From a virus (taxonomy: Duplodnaviria; Heunggongvirae; Uroviricota; Caudoviricetes), in IMG/VR virus record IMGVR_UViG_2872678658_000002: DNA of 45,439 bases; one strand, 5' to 3'. The translations under genes were made by a program, and so were the position numbers. The notes below the pieces were generated by a model, which saw only the letters and a list, made by a program, of their open reading frames with translations, was not told the origin of the DNA and did no database searches. The number at the start of each line of letters is the position of its first letter. Position 1 is the stretch's first letter. Below, piece after piece: positions 10,462 through 25,333 of this stretch.

Positions 10462-13019
10462 CGTCCACCTCCGGAGAACAGACCACCATCGCGCATCTGT
10501 GCCTGGATTTCATCACGGGCACCCTTGCGGGCCATGTCATACACCGCCTTCATCATCTGTGGACCTGGCAGACCATTCGTACCGTCGTTCTGAATCACCA
10601 CGTTGTTGTTCTGCTCAAACCTGATACCCTCTGAACGCCGCATTTGCGCCGGACTTCCGGTGCCACCGACATAACCGCCGGTGGCATAGCCGCGCATCAG
10701 CCGGTAGAGATTTCCCACGCCAATCCGGCTGGTTGCCTCCTTCGTGAAGACAAATTCACCACGGTGAACAATCCCCGCTGGCTCATATTTGCCGCCGGTT
10801 CCCGTAAATCCTCCGGTTGCAAAATGGAATTTCGCCGCAGCGGCCTGAATGGCTGTACCGCCTGACGCGGATGCGCCGCCACCAACAGCCCCGCCAATGG
10901 CGCTGCCGATACTCCCGACAATCCCCACCATTGCCTGCTTAAGCAGAATTTCTGTCATCATGGACAGCACGGAACGGGTGAAGCTGCGCCAGTTCTGCTC
11001 ACTGCCGGTCAGCATCGCCGCCATATTCTGTGCAATACCATCAAAGGTCTGCGTGGCTGCACTTTTTACCTGCGACATACTGTCCGTGGCGCTCTCTTCC
11101 CACTCACTCCAGCCGGACTTCAGGCCTGCCATCCAGTTCCCGCGAAGCTGGTCTTCAGCCGCCCAGGTCTTTTTCTGCTCTGACATGACGTTATTCAGCG
11201 CCAGCGGATTATCGCCATACTGTTCCTTCAGGCGCTGTTCCGTGGCTTCCCGTTCTGCCTGCCGGTCAGTCAGCCCCCGGCTTTTCGCATCAATGGCGGC
11301 CCGTTTTGCCCGTTGCTGCTGTGCGAATTTATCCGCCTGCTGCGCCAGCGCGTTCAGGCGCTCCTGATACGTAACCTTGTCGCCAAGTGCAGCCAGCTGG
11401 CGTTTGTACTCCAGCGTCTCATCTTTATGCGCCAGCAGGGATTTCTCCTGTGCAGACAGCTGGCGACGTTGCGCCGCCTCCTCCAGTACCGCGAACTGAC
11501 TCTCCGCCTTCCACAAATCCCGGCGCTGCTGGCTGATTTTCTCATTTGCTCCGGCATGCTTCTCCAGCGTCCGGAGTTCAGCCTGAAGCGTCAGCAGGGC
11601 AGCATGAGCACTGTCTTCCTGACGATCGCCCGCAGACACCTTCACGCCGGACTGTTTCGGCTTTTTCAGCGTCGCTTCATAATCCTTTTTCGCCGCCGCC
11701 ATCAGCGTGTTGTAATCTGCCTGCAGGATTTTCCCGTCTTTCAGTGCCTTGTTCAGTTCTTCCTGACGGGCGGTATATTTCTCCAGCGGTGTCTGCAGCC
11801 GTTCGTAAGCCTTCTGCGCCTCTTCGGTATATTTCAGCCGTGATGCTTCGGTATCGCTCTGCTGCTGCGCATTTTTGTCCTGTTGACTCTGCTGTTCAGC
11901 CTTCTTTCGGGCGGCTTCAAGCGCAAGACGGGCCTTTTCACGATCATCCCAGTAACGCGCCCGCGCTTCATCGTTAACAAAATAATCATCCTTGCGCAGA
12001 TTCCAGATGTCGTCCGCTTTCTTAAACGCAGCCTCTGCCTTAATCAGCATCTCCTGAGCGGTATCAGGACGACCAATATCCAGCACCGCATCCCACATGG
12101 ATTTGAATGCCCGTGCTGTCCTGTCTGCCCAGGTTTCCAGCGTGCCCATGTTCTCTTTCAGGCGTCGGGTCTGGTCATCAAACCCTTTCGTTGCGGCCTC
12201 GTTCGCCGCCTGCAATGCCCCGGATTCATCGCCGGAACGCTGCAACTGAGCAACATACGCAATCTGCTCCGCCGTTACGTTATGGAACTGGCGCGCCATC
12301 GCCGTCAGCCCCGACGTCGGGTCAGTGGTCAGCTTCCCGAAGGCTTCAGCGACCTTGTCCACCTCCACGCCGGATGCAGAGGAGAAACGCGCCACACTCT
12401 GGCTGATGGATGCAATCTGAGCCTCACCGCTTACTCCCGCCTTAACCAGTGCGCTGAGTGACTCGCTGGTCTGGTTAAACGTCAGCCCTGCCGCCTGCCC
12501 GGCTCTGGACAGGACCAGCATACGATCTGCCGTCAGACCCGACTGATTGCCGGAAAGGACCAGCGTTTTGTTGAAATCGGACAGGGTTGAGTTACCCTGA
12601 TACCAGGCATACGCCAGCGCACCGGTCGCCACCGCCAGCGAGGTGGCCCCGACCATCGGCAGGGTGATCGCACCGGCAAGCCCCCGGAACATGGGGATCA
12701 TCCCGCCGAAGGAGTCCTTAACCTGACCACCCTGTTGCAGCAGGATCAGCCACGGGCTTTGCCCGCCTGCAAGCTGCGTGGCCACGTCGGTGAACTGTGC
12801 AGGCAGCATACGCATGGCGGCTTTATACTGCCCGACGGAAATCCCCGCTTTCTGTGCAGCCAGCGCCTGTCGGCTCAGCGACTGTTCAACGACTGCCGCT
12901 GTTTTTTTCGCATCACTTTCCGTACCGGAAAAATGACGCCTGACTCTGGCCATCTGCTCGTCAAATCTGGCCGCATCCAGACTTAAATCAACGACCAGAT
13001 CGCCTACCGGTTCAGCCAT
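10458..13019 (-). CDS. H: tail tape measure protein H
   Basis: 853 aa, coiled-coil-rich, lambda H-like; position between T and M. Confidence 0.9.
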   Translation of the reverse strand: MAEPVGDLVVDLSLDAARFDEQMARVRRHFSGTESDAKKTAAVVEQSLSRQALAAQKAGISVGQYKAAMRMLPAQFTDVATQLAGGQSPWLILLQQGGQVKDSFGGMIPMFRGLAGAITLPMVGATSLAVATGALAYAWYQGNSTLSDFNKTLVLSGNQSGLTADRMLVLSRAGQAAGLTFNQTSESLSALVKAGVSGEAQIASISQSVARFSSASGVEVDKVAEAFGKLTTDPTSGLTAMARQFHNVTAEQIAYVAQLQRSGDESGALQAANEAATKGFDDQTRRLKENMGTLETWADRTARAFKSMWDAVLDIGRPDTAQEMLIKAEAAFKKADDIWNLRKDDYFVNDEARARYWDDREKARLALEAARKKAEQQSQQDKNAQQQSDTEASRLKYTEEAQKAYERLQTPLEKYTARQEELNKALKDGKILQADYNTLMAAAKKDYEATLKKPKQSGVKVSAGDRQEDSAHAALLTLQAELRTLEKHAGANEKISQQRRDLWKAESQFAVLEEAAQRRQLSAQEKSLLAHKDETLEYKRQLAALGDKVTYQERLNALAQQADKFAQQQRAKRAAIDAKSRGLTDRQAEREATEQRLKEQYGDNPLALNNVMSEQKKTWAAEDQLRGNWMAGLKSGWSEWEESATDSMSQVKSAATQTFDGIAQNMAAMLTGSEQNWRSFTRSVLSMMTEILLKQAMVGIVGSIGSAIGGAVGGGASASGGTAIQAAAAKFHFATGGFTGTGGKYEPAGIVHRGEFVFTKEATSRIGVGNLYRLMRGYATGGYVGGTGSPAQMRRSEGIRFEQNNNVVIQNDGTNGLPGPQMMKAVYDMARKGARDEIQAQMRDGGLFSGGGR

Positions 13020-13446
13020 ACCGGACTCCTCCTGCGATCCCTTCTGATACTGTCATCAGCATTACGTCATCCTCCGTCATGCCCGCCATATCCGGGGAAG
13101 CGGGGATAACTTCATTTCCGTCCGGGTCAAAGCGGACGCCTCCGGTAAGCCCTGCCGCTTTCTGCATCAGCACATCATCTTCAGGCTCTTCGTCATCCTC
13201 ACGCCGGTTCAGCAAACTGAAATCCAGCGGATGCATATCCGGATCGCTGAAAAACAGGCTGAGCACAGTGTACGTCAGCCCGGAAAAGTGCATATCCAGC
13301 AGAACATCATGAAAATAATGGGTACTGTAAAAGCGGTGCCAGTCGGCATACTCCGTGGATGACATCCCGGCAAGCATGGCGCGCCAGTCAGGTCGCCCCA
13401 TCTCTCGCGCCAGTTTCAGGGCAAAACTCAGCTCACCGTCGAACAC
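13012..13446 (-). CDS. T: tail assembly chaperone T region, expressed as G-T fusion by -1 frameshift
   Basis: 144-aa -1 frame ORF overlapping the end of G; slippery heptamer present. Confidence 0.85.
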   Translation of the reverse strand: MFDGELSFALKLAREMGRPDWRAMLAGMSSTEYADWHRFYSTHYFHDVLLDMHFSGLTYTVLSLFFSDPDMHPLDFSLLNRREDDEEPEDDVLMQKAAGLTGGVRFDPDGNEVIPASPDMAGMTEDDVMLMTVSEGIAGGVRYG

Positions 13447-13850
13447 TTTCCCGCAGAAACAGGCTCTGCAGGCCCGGAGTCCTCTGCCTGGTCAGGGGCA
13501 TCATTCACCACAAACCCATACATACCGGACAGCCGGTACACCACGTTTTCAGCATGAGAAATTGCCTCCGCGGGCCAGGTGGTAAGCACTTCCTGCTCAA
13601 TCTGTTTAACGGCTTCATTCATGGAAGGCTGCTTTGTCTTCTGCGGATGGTTATGCCACAGGGACATCGCCACCACAAAAGCACCGGTTCTGATGGCGTC
13701 TTCCACAGTAACCTGCCGGTTGCTGTCTGACTCCGCCTGTTCTGCCTGCTGTTTCATCAGGGCGAGATGCTCAATACGCTGCAGGGCTGACAGTTCAGAA
13801 AGCGTGACGGTCACGCCGTTATGTTCAAATGATTCGGTTTTCAGGAACAT
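13428..13850 (-). CDS. G: tail assembly chaperone G
   Basis: 140 aa, lambda G-like. Confidence 0.9.
   Translation of the reverse strand: MFLKTESFEHNGVTVTLSELSALQRIEHLALMKQQAEQAESDSNRQVTVEDAIRTGAFVVAMSLWHNHPQKTKQPSMNEAVKQIEQEVLTTWPAEAISHAENVVYRLSGMYGFVVNDAPDQAEDSGPAEPVSAGKCSTVS
13446..13452 (-). other. G-T programmed -1 ribosomal frameshift slippery site GGGAAAG
   Basis: plus strand reads ctttccc (reverse complement GGGAAAG) 8 codons before the G stop. Confidence 0.85.
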
Positions 13851-13865
13851 CGCTGACTCTCCGGA

Positions 13866-14606
13866 TTAACTGTCGGTGACAGTGATTTCTGCAACCGCAG
13901 CAAGTTCACCATTACCGGATACAACCGGAATGTTGACCTTGCCTGCAGCAACGCCGTTCACTGTGATGGTCATACCACTGACCGACACGGTGGCTTTTGT
14001 TTTATCCGCTGACACCGCACGGAAGCTCTTGTCAGTTGCGCCCTCCGGCTGGAAGGCCACGGTCAGCGTGGTGCTCTGCCCTTTCACCACCGAGGAGCTG
14101 GCAGGCGTCACGGTCATACCGGTTGCCGCCGTCACCGTACTGCGATCTTCTGCCATTGACGGACGGCCCACATTGGTGACCTTCACCGTACGGGTGATCA
14201 CTTCCTTCGCCGTCACCGCCTTACCGATACTGCTGACCCAGCCACGGAACACATCGACCGTGCCGTTCGGGAAGCGGATTTTATAGGCACGGGTATCACC
14301 TTCATTAAACCACGCCAGCAGCGCCTGCTGCCCCTGCTCTCCGGGCATCCACGCCAGCGTGAAGCTGGTATCTCCGGCGGATTTCTGCCCCTGCCCGGTC
14401 GCGGTCCAGTCCGCATCTTCATCATCGAGATAGCTGTCATCATAGGACTCAGCGGTCAGTTCGCCGGGCGTCAGGTCTTTAACTTTTGCCAGACGCGACC
14501 AGTCAACGTCTGAAAGCGGGTTCGCATAAGGGTCGCCGCTCCCGTTATAAACCCACAGGGTGGTTCCGGCACCTTTCACCGGTATTGCTGGATTTGGTAC
14601 AGGCAT
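13866..14606 (-). CDS. V: major tail protein V (with C-terminal Ig-like domain)
   Basis: ORF extends to 14636, but lambda V-like sequence starts [16 protein letters not shown] at the internal Met. Confidence 0.9.
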   Translation of the reverse strand: MPVPNPAIPVKGAGTTLWVYNGSGDPYANPLSDVDWSRLAKVKDLTPGELTAESYDDSYLDDEDADWTATGQGQKSAGDTSFTLAWMPGEQGQQALLAWFNEGDTRAYKIRFPNGTVDVFRGWVSSIGKAVTAKEVITRTVKVTNVGRPSMAEDRSTVTAATGMTVTPASSSVVKGQSTTLTVAFQPEGATDKSFRAVSADKTKATVSVSGMTITVNGVAAGKVNIPVVSGNGELAAVAEITVTDS

Positions 14607-14613
14607 ATCGTCC

Positions 14614-15009
14614 TCACATTTCATAGGTAATGACATACGTCAGATCGGCAGAACTCCACAGGCCCGCATCATCGTCGCGCCGGTAGTCATAGCCGCTGGC
14701 CACCATACTGGTGATCAAATCTGACAGTGCCGGGATATCGCTCATCACCGGATAAATCCGGGACTCCATCCACGAATCCAGCTCTGAATCCGGCACCTGA
14801 GCAGGCAGGAAAACTTCAATATGCAGCTCCGCCTGCCAGGTATCGCTGTCCAGCTCTTCGCCCGTGTATTCAGCGCCGGTGAGATAAACGGCAATTGCCG
14901 GAAAATCTTCCTCATCAAAAACAGCGGGGCGACCATCAAAAAGCGTCGCCCCGGTGTCATGCTTCTCCAGTGCATCCAGTACGGCTGCACGGAGTTCAGT
15001 ATGTTTCAT
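14614..15009 (-). CDS. U: tail terminator protein U
   Basis: 131 aa, [37 protein letters not shown] lambda U-like. Confidence 0.9.
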   Translation of the reverse strand: MKHTELRAAVLDALEKHDTGATLFDGRPAVFDEEDFPAIAVYLTGAEYTGEELDSDTWQAELHIEVFLPAQVPDSELDSWMESRIYPVMSDIPALSDLITSMVASGYDYRRDDDAGLWSSADLTYVITYEM

Positions 15010-15584
15010 CGCTTTATTACCATTCTCAGTTGATGCTGCAGCGCATAGCCCAGCTCTTTCGGAAGACGCTCACGCCGTATCCGCTCAATATTCTGTTTAA
15101 ACGCCGTGGTCAGCGGCACCGCCATCGGGATTTTCACCACATCAATGGGGTAACGGTTTTTCCCGGCCACACGCTGCATGACATGCCACCGGCCATTTTT
15201 CAGTTGCTGAATAAACGCGCCGGGAATACGACGGTTTCCCACCACAAGCACGCTGCCGCCACCTTTCAGGGATGAACGCTGCCCCTTTTTACGACGCCTG
15301 CGGCGGGACAGGACAACCCGCGCATTACCCAGCTTGATTACGGGCAAATCCCCCCGGTTAACCCTGATTCTGGCCTGCGGATTTTTGACCGTGGCCCTTT
15401 TCAGCCTGGCCCTTTCCTTTACCAGTTTCCGGCGTACCTTTGTCTCACGGGCAACCTGTGACGCAGACTGCGATATCGCGGATGAAGCAACGCGGTTAAT
15501 GGCCATTGCGGCGGCACCGGGCACCGCCGTTTTGCTGATACGGCTGAGGTTTTCAACGGCCTGCTCAAGACCTTTTATGGCCAT
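15006..15584 (-). CDS. Z: tail completion protein Z
   Basis: 192 aa lambda Z-like, 4-nt overlap with U. Confidence 0.9.
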   Translation of the reverse strand: MAIKGLEQAVENLSRISKTAVPGAAAMAINRVASSAISQSASQVARETKVRRKLVKERARLKRATVKNPQARIRVNRGDLPVIKLGNARVVLSRRRRRKKGQRSSLKGGGSVLVVGNRRIPGAFIQQLKNGRWHVMQRVAGKNRYPIDVVKIPMAVPLTTAFKQNIERIRRERLPKELGYALQHQLRMVIKR

Positions 15585-15595
15585 ACATCCCCCTT

Positions 15596-15949
15596 TCAGC
15601 GGCGACGGTTAACGGCAGGCGGTACGCCCCGCCCAAGCCAGAGATGACAGCTTCCGCCATCATCCGGCGAAATCCGGTCTATCCAGAAGTTTTCCTCACC
15701 GATGGTCAGCGTGTCGCCGCGCCGCAGCTGCCGCACATCATCAGTCCGGACAAACAGGGACGGGCTGGAGCCTTCAACGCGTACGCCCTGTCCGGCATAG
15801 CTGATATTTTCAGGGTCATCAAAAACACCACGTATTACTGCGCCGGACTGCTCACCGGATGTCATGGTGGCTGACGTTCCCATGTACCCGCGTATCGTTT
15901 CATCGGCGCGGGCAATGGCAGCATCGAACAGGTTATCGAAATCAGCCAC
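15596..15949 (-). CDS. FII: head-tail connector protein FII
   Basis: 117 aa lambda FII-like. Confidence 0.9.
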   Translation of the reverse strand: MADFDNLFDAAIARADETIRGYMGTSATMTSGEQSGAVIRGVFDDPENISYAGQGVRVEGSSPSLFVRTDDVRQLRRGDTLTIGEENFWIDRISPDDGGSCHLWLGRGVPPAVNRRR

Positions 15950-15960
15950 AGCGCCTCCCG

Positions 15961-16356
15961 TTATTGCATTCTGGCCAGGCCACGTTCTGTCATTTCGGCT
16001 GCCACACCGGCAGAGACACGAAACGCCGTTCCCGGCAGCACAAATGCCACAGGTTCATCCCGCGTGGCGTGAAGTGCATCGGTATGCAGCGTCACCAGTG
16101 CCACAACCGTGACCAGAGCAGCCGTATCAGTCACGGTATCCGTCTGTGCTGATACCACCTCATTTTCATGTCCGGTCAGCGCATTTTCCGGGCTGACAGA
16201 CGAGTCCTGACCGGCTCCGTCATCCGTGTCATCAAGCTCCTCTTCCAGCTCTGCCACACGGAGCGCCAGTTCTTCTTTCGTCCCCGTCAGGCTGACATCA
16301 CGGTTCAGTTGCTCACCCAGCTCCTGAAGACGGGCAATCAGTTCATCTTTCGTCAT
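15961..16356 (-). CDS. FI: DNA packaging protein FI
   Basis: lambda FI-like sequence begins MTKDELIARLQELGEQLNRD at internal Met of ORF 15961-16395. Confidence 0.85.
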   Translation of the reverse strand: MTKDELIARLQELGEQLNRDVSLTGTKEELALRVAELEEELDDTDDGAGQDSSVSPENALTGHENEVVSAQTDTVTDTAALVTVVALVTLHTDALHATRDEPVAFVLPGTAFRVSAGVAAEMTERGLARMQ

Positions 16357-16397
16357 GGACTCCTCCACAGAGAGAAAATGGCCCCTAAGGGCCATGA

Positions 16398-17423
16398 TTA
16401 CGCCAGTTGAACGGACACGAACTCATCAGGGTCAGCCAGCAGCATCAGCGGTGCTGACTGAATCATGGTGAACTCACGCGCCGGATCGCCGGTGGTCACC
16501 CAGTTTTTCGGGTAACGGGCAGAGGCGTTAATGCCTTCGCGCTGTGCGTCCGCATCCTGAATGCAGCCATAGGTGCGCAGACCGCGAGCCTGAGTGTTCC
16601 CCAGCACCATCGTGTTGTCCGGCAGGAAGTTCTTTTTGACGCCGTTTTCCACGTACTGTCCGGAATACACGACGATGGCCACATCGCCATACATTCCCTT
16701 ATAGGACACCGCTTTGCCCAGGTCTTTTACCGCTGTCTCCAGCTCGGAATGAGAGCCGCGACGGGTATCCAGCTTCTCCTTGACGGCTTTGAAGGAACGG
16801 AACAGCGCCCAGCCTTTCGGATCAAACACGATGATATTCACCACACCGCTGGCGTTCAGCGCGTAGGCTTCGATATCGTCGGTCGGGTCATACGTGGACT
16901 TGTCACGCTTGCTCCACTCCGTGCCGCCGGACTGCGTGATGTTATTCGCCTCACTGCGGCCCATATCCACCTCAACCGGATCGAAGGCTTCACCGGTCAT
17001 GGTATATTTGCCCTTAAGCACGGCAGAAACTGCCTGCATCTCTTCGACCTGGGCAATCGCCAGATTTTCATCCAGCATATTCTGCCGAATAATACGGCGA
17101 CGACGGTAAGCCGGGTCAGCCAGGTTCTGCGGATCTTCATCCGGCAGGCGACGCAGGGTCATCTGCGGATTCACCTCATGCTTGGGTTTGACATAACCCG
17201 GCGTAAATTCAGAGGTGGAGCCGCCACGGGATCGGATAACCTCACCGGAAACAATCGGCGAAACGTACAGCGCCATGTTTACCAGTCCCGGAATTTGTGA
17301 GAGATAGACTTTTTCCGTGGTGAAAGGATAGGTTTCACGGAAAAACAGGCGCAGAAACAGCGGATCGAACTTAAAGTGATGCTGGGTCGATGCCAGTAAT
17401 TCTGCAGTTGTATATACAGACAT
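16398..17423 (-). CDS. E: major capsid protein E
   Basis: 341 aa, MSVYTTAELLAS...FKFDPLFLRLFFRE lambda E-like. Confidence 0.95.
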   Translation of the reverse strand: MSVYTTAELLASTQHHFKFDPLFLRLFFRETYPFTTEKVYLSQIPGLVNMALYVSPIVSGEVIRSRGGSTSEFTPGYVKPKHEVNPQMTLRRLPDEDPQNLADPAYRRRRIIRQNMLDENLAIAQVEEMQAVSAVLKGKYTMTGEAFDPVEVDMGRSEANNITQSGGTEWSKRDKSTYDPTDDIEAYALNASGVVNIIVFDPKGWALFRSFKAVKEKLDTRRGSHSELETAVKDLGKAVSYKGMYGDVAIVVYSGQYVENGVKKNFLPDNTMVLGNTQARGLRTYGCIQDADAQREGINASARYPKNWVTTGDPAREFTMIQSAPLMLLADPDEFVSVQLA

Positions 17424-17478
17424 AAATTATTTCCATAAAAAAAGCCGCACAGGCGGCCTTTGTTGATGAAGGGGAAGA

Positions 17479-17811
17479 TTAAACGATGCTGATTGCCGTT
17501 CCGGCAAACGCGGTCCGTTTTTTCGTCTCGTCGCTGGCAGCCTCCGGCCAGAGCACATCCTCATAACGAAACGAGCCGGACTTGTAGAACGTCAGTGTGG
17601 TGCTGGTCTGGTCAGCAGCAACCGCCAGAATGCCAACGGCTGCACCGTCGGTGGTGCCATCCCACACAACCAGCTTACGGGTAGTGCCATCCAGCATCAG
17701 CGGGGTCATTGCAGGCGTTTTCGCACTCAATCCGCCAGGCGCAATTGCTGTATGAGCCGGATCACTGTTACCCAGCGGCTGGTAATGGTTAAACTCTTCT
17801 TTTGTCGCCAT
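17479..17811 (-). CDS. D: head decoration protein D
   Basis: 110 aa lambda D-like. Confidence 0.9.
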   Translation of the reverse strand: MATKEEFNHYQPLGNSDPAHTAIAPGGLSAKTPAMTPLMLDGTTRKLVVWDGTTDGAAVGILAVAADQTSTTLTFYKSGSFRYEDVLWPEAASDETKKRTAFAGTAISIV

Positions 17812-17820
17812 AACTGCCTC

Positions 17821-19132
17821 TTATACCGGTAAAGCTTCAGGTGTATTAAGTAATTCTTTATTGGTATCAGATGCCAGGTTACCTGCAGCCAGCGGTGCCG
17901 GTGTACCCTGCATCAGACGATCCAGCGCAGTGTCACTGCGCGCCTGTGCACTCTGTGGTGCTGCAGCCAGAATGCGGCGGGCCGTTTCCACGGTCATTCC
18001 GGGGGTTTCTGCCAGAACGCGCGCCTGTTCTTCGCGTCCGTGAGCCTCCTCACAGTTGAGGATCCCCATAATGCGGCTGTTTTCTGCCGCAACCGCAGCG
18101 GTGATCTGCGCGTTCACGTCCGGCTGCGCCGCGCTGGCGTTTTCGCCCTCCGTCGCTGGCACCACGTCAGTAACGTCAGCCTGCGAAGCAGTGGCTGAAA
18201 CAGTTGTTGATTGAGTCTCTTTGGTCATTCGCCCTCCTGAGAGACGGGATTTACGTGCATCCAGTGCATCACGCATAACGGTGATCGCATCGGTGCTGTT
18301 GACAAGTTCATCAGCCAGTCCGGCATCAATGGCCTCCTGACCGCTGTACACTGCAGCCTCGGTATCCAGCACAGCCTGCACGGACAGGCCGGTATATGCC
18401 GACACCTTCTGCGCAAACATCTGGCGGGTTGCATCCATCCGGGACTGCAGTGTCTCCCGGACGTCATCCGGAAGATGGCTGTAGGGGTTGCCATCCACCT
18501 TATGGCTGCCGCTGTAAATCAGCGTGATTTCCACGCCCTGTTTCTCCAGTGCAGCGCCGTAATTACTGTGAGCCATCATGACGCCGATGGAGCCTGTCCG
18601 GGCGGTCTGCGTGACCAGACGCCGGGAGGCGGCACTGGCAAGCAGCTGACCTGCGCTGCAGTTCATGTCATTGGCTAGCGCCCATACCGGCTTTATGTCA
18701 CGCACACGGGCGATGATGTCAGCGCAGTCAAATGCTCCCGCCACCATTCCGCCCGGTGTGTCCATATCGAGCAGAATGCCGTCCACCATCGGGTCGCTGG
18801 CAGCCTGTTGCAGACGGGCGATAATGCCGTTGTAACCGGTCATCCCCGAATACGGCTGCAGCGCCCGCGTCCGGCTGACCAGCGTGCCGGAAACCGGCAG
18901 CACGGCGATGCCGTTCATGACCTGATAACTGCGGGCCTGTCGTGGTCCGTCATCATCACCGGATAACGCCAGCGTCGCGGGTGCCTCCGGGGCAGTCAGG
19001 CTGTCACCGGACACCGCATCTGTCAGGCGGCTGATCCCAAGCTGGCCTGCAAGCGCACAAAAGAAAACCCGCGCATAGGCGGGTTCAAGCATCAGCGGCT
19101 CATTAAAGGCCATGCTGGCAATATGCGGGAGA

Positions 19133-19152
<20 letters not shown>
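17821..19152 (-). CDS. C: capsid assembly protease C, with in-frame nested scaffold Nu3 in its 3-prime third
   Basis: lambda C-like sequence starts at GTG (VTAELRNLPHIASMAFNEP) preceded by AGGAGGAG Shine-Dalgarno; ORF track extends further upstream into B. Confidence 0.85.
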
Positions 19153-22833
<3,681 letters not shown>

Positions 22834-22859
<26 letters not shown>

Positions 22860-23379
22860 TCAGCAACCCCGGTATCAGTTCATCCAGCGCGGCTGCTTTG
22901 TTCATGGCTTTGATGATATCCCGTTTCAGGAAATCAACATGTCGGTTTTCCAGTTCCGGAAAACGCCGCTGCACCGACAGGGGGATCCCGTCGAGAATAC
23001 TGGCAATTTCACCTGCGATCCGCGACAGCACGAAAGTACAGAATGCGGTTTCCACCACTTCAGCGGAGTCTCTGGCATTTTTCAGCTCCTGTGCGTCGGC
23101 CTGCGCACGCGTAAGTCGATGGCGTTCGTACTCAATAGTCCCTGGCTGGAGATCTGTCTCGCTGGCCTGGCGCAGTTCTTCAACCTCCCGGCGCAGCTTT
23201 TCGTTCTCAATTTCAGCATCCCTTTCGGCATACCATTTTATAACGGCGGCAGAGTCATAAAGCACCTCATTACCCTTGCCACCGCCTCGCAGAACGGGCA
23301 TTCCCTGTTCCTGCCAGTTCTGAATGGTACGGATACTCGCACCGAAAATGTCAGCCAGCTGCTTTTTGTTGACTTCCAT
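22834..23379 (-). CDS. Nu1: terminase small subunit Nu1
   Basis: 181 aa MEVNKKQLADIFGASIRTIQNWQEQGMPVL lambda Nu1-like. Confidence 0.95.
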
Positions 23380-23556
23380 TGTTCATTCCACGGCCAAAAA
23401 CAGAGAAAGGAAACGACAAAGGCCCAAAAGTTCGTTTTCAGCACCTGTCGTTTCCTTTCTTTTCAGGGGGTATTTTAAATAAAAACATTAAGTTACGACG
23501 AAGAAGAACGGAAACGCCTTAAACCGGAAAATTTTCATAAATAGCGAAAACCCGCG
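23380..23556 (-). promoter_or_regulatory. cosB-like terminase binding region between cosN and Nu1
   Basis: reverse complement matches remembered lambda left-end sequence (GGGCGGCGACCTCGCGGGTTTTCGCTATTTATGAAAATTTTCCGG...). Confidence 0.7.
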
Positions 23557-23568
23557 AGGTCGCCGCCC
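23557..23568. other. cosN cohesive-end site (12-nt, reverse complement GGGCGGCGACCT)
   Basis: aggtcgccgccc seen at 23557-23568 directly upstream of Nu1 on the phage strand. Confidence 0.85.
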
Positions 23569-23767
23569 CGTAACCTGTCGGATCGCCGGAAAGGACCCGC
23601 AAAATGATAATAATTATCATCTGCATGTCACAACGTGCATCTACGCCATCAAACCACGTCAAATAATCAATTATGACGCAGGTATCGTATTAATTGATCT
23701 GCATCAACTTAACGTAAAAACAACTTCAGACAATACAAATCATCGACACTGAATACAGGGCAACCTC

Positions 23768-24001
23768 ATGTCAACGAAGAACAGAACCCGCAGAACAACA
23801 ACCCGCAACATCCGCTTTCCTAACCAAATGATTGAACAAATTAACATCGCTCTTGTTCAAAAAGGGTCCGGGAATTTCTCAGCCTGGGTCATTGAAGCCT
23901 GCCGCCGGAGACTGTGCTCAGAAAAAAGAGTTTCGCCTGAAGCAAACAAAGAAAAGAGTGACATTACTGAATTGCTCAGAAAACAGGTCAGACCAGATTG
24001 A
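23768..24001 (+). CDS. small ribbon-helix-helix-like protein
   Basis: 77-aa ORF; N-terminal beta-strand/helix pattern (RNIRFPNQMIEQINIALVQKGSGNFSAWVIEACRRRL) resembles CopG/Arc-type RHH fold. Confidence 0.5.
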   Translation: MSTKNRTRRTTTRNIRFPNQMIEQINIALVQKGSGNFSAWVIEACRRRLCSEKRVSPEANKEKSDITELLRKQVRPD

Positions 24002-24058
24002 AGCAATTTAGATAATCGTGCAGACTACGCCCCCTCATATCACATGGAAGGTACTACA

Positions 24059-24469
24059 ATGGCTCAGGTTGCCATTTTTAAACAAATATTCGATAAAGTG
24101 CGAAATAATTTAAACTATCACTGGTTTTATTCTGAACTAAAACGTCACAATGTCTCACATTACATTTACTATTTAGCCACAGAGAATATTCATCTTGTTC
24201 TTGAAAACGATAATACGGTTTTAATAAAAGGACAGGGTAAGGTTGTAAATGTAAGATTTTCAAAAAATAAATGCCTTATAGAAGCCACCTTAAAAGGATT
24301 CAAATCAGGAGAGTTATCATTTTACGAATACAGGAAAAATCTTGCTACAGCAGGGGTTTTCAGATGGATTACAAATATCCACGAAAACAAAAGGTATTAC
24401 TATACCTTTGATAATTCATTACTCTTTACTGAGAACATTCAGAACACTACACAAATATTTCCGCACTAA
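24059..24469 (+). CDS. DUF1398-family protein (YbcV-like)
   Basis: start set at ATG 24059 preceded by GGAAGG; AT-rich; sequence recalled as resembling DLP12 YbcV/lambda right-arm ORF. Confidence 0.5.
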   Translation: MAQVAIFKQIFDKVRNNLNYHWFYSELKRHNVSHYIYYLATENIHLVLENDNTVLIKGQGKVVNVRFSKNKCLIEATLKGFKSGELSFYEYRKNLATAGVFRWITNIHENKRYYYTFDNSLLFTENIQNTTQIFPH

Positions 24470-25057
24470 ATCATAACGTCCGGTTTCTTCCGTGCCAGAA
24501 CCGGACTCGCTGGCATGATGAAATATGTGTACCCGGTAACCCCGGTGTGCATCGTTTTTGATTATTCCCGCACACTCGCGCAGAAGGAGTTCCCCGTCGG
24601 GCTACGGTCTCTGTTAATACGGGAATACGGCGACGATACAGCGCATGATGTGTCAGGCTTGAATACCTTTATCCTTTAAAAGGGATATCAGTTAAGTTAT
24701 CCCGTGTAGGGTATAAGCCATTATCAAAGCCACTCTGTAGGGAATGGCTTTTGTGATGGCATCACTTACTCTTTACGCTGCTATCCCACTCATCCCGGAA
24801 TTTTGATGGGTTATTGAAACCTTCTGCTGACATAACAACTCCTTCAATGTTTGGCTGAAATTAGGATGTCTTTCCATCAGTCCGCCACCACAAAGAATCT
24901 TTTTTGCCATAAGGCAGGAGGTTCATCTTTCAGTGGCTGCCGGTGTTATTTCCCCACTTACTGGCTTGGGTTGTTTCGTGGTACTGCCGTTAACTGGTGG
25001 CCCAGAATAAATTCCGGTTTCATTATCAAGCCCACCCGTAAATGGGCTTTGTAATGG

Positions 25058-25333
25058 CTACTTCACTTTTGCTTTTGCTTTTGCTTTTGCTTCCGCTCGC
25101 TTACGCCGGCGCTCTTCTTTCCTCTCGGCTTTTGCCATGTCCATGAATGCCTGCATGATCGAGTTCCGCATCATGTAGCTAACAAAGTGATGATTGACAC
25201 AGCCGTTGAGGCGCAGCTGCTCGCCAAACTCATCCACCGAGGCCAATGCTTCCATCATGCCCTTCTCGCCTTTCATGAACTCTGAGAAGTCGCGCCCCGC
25301 TCTGGAGGCGCATTCAATAACACGATCACTCAT
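25058..25333 (-). CDS. hypothetical protein with C-terminal (AK)n repeat, coupled to KilA-N protein
   Basis: 91-aa ORF overlapping upstream gene by 4 nt; C-terminus encoded by tandem CTTTTG hexamers. Confidence 0.5.
   Translation of the reverse strand: MSDRVIECASRAGRDFSEFMKGEKGMMEALASVDEFGEQLRLNGCVNHHFVSYMMRNSIMQAFMDMAKAERKEERRRKRAEAKAKAKAKVK

Noticed and set aside
24851-25054. 67-aa plus-strand ORF and a 53-codon ORF at 24519-24680 in the 590-bp gap between DUF1398 and the KilA-N operon
   Set aside because: No convincing RBS or composition; region more likely intergenic or decayed, with a terminator-like hairpin at about 25030-25053.
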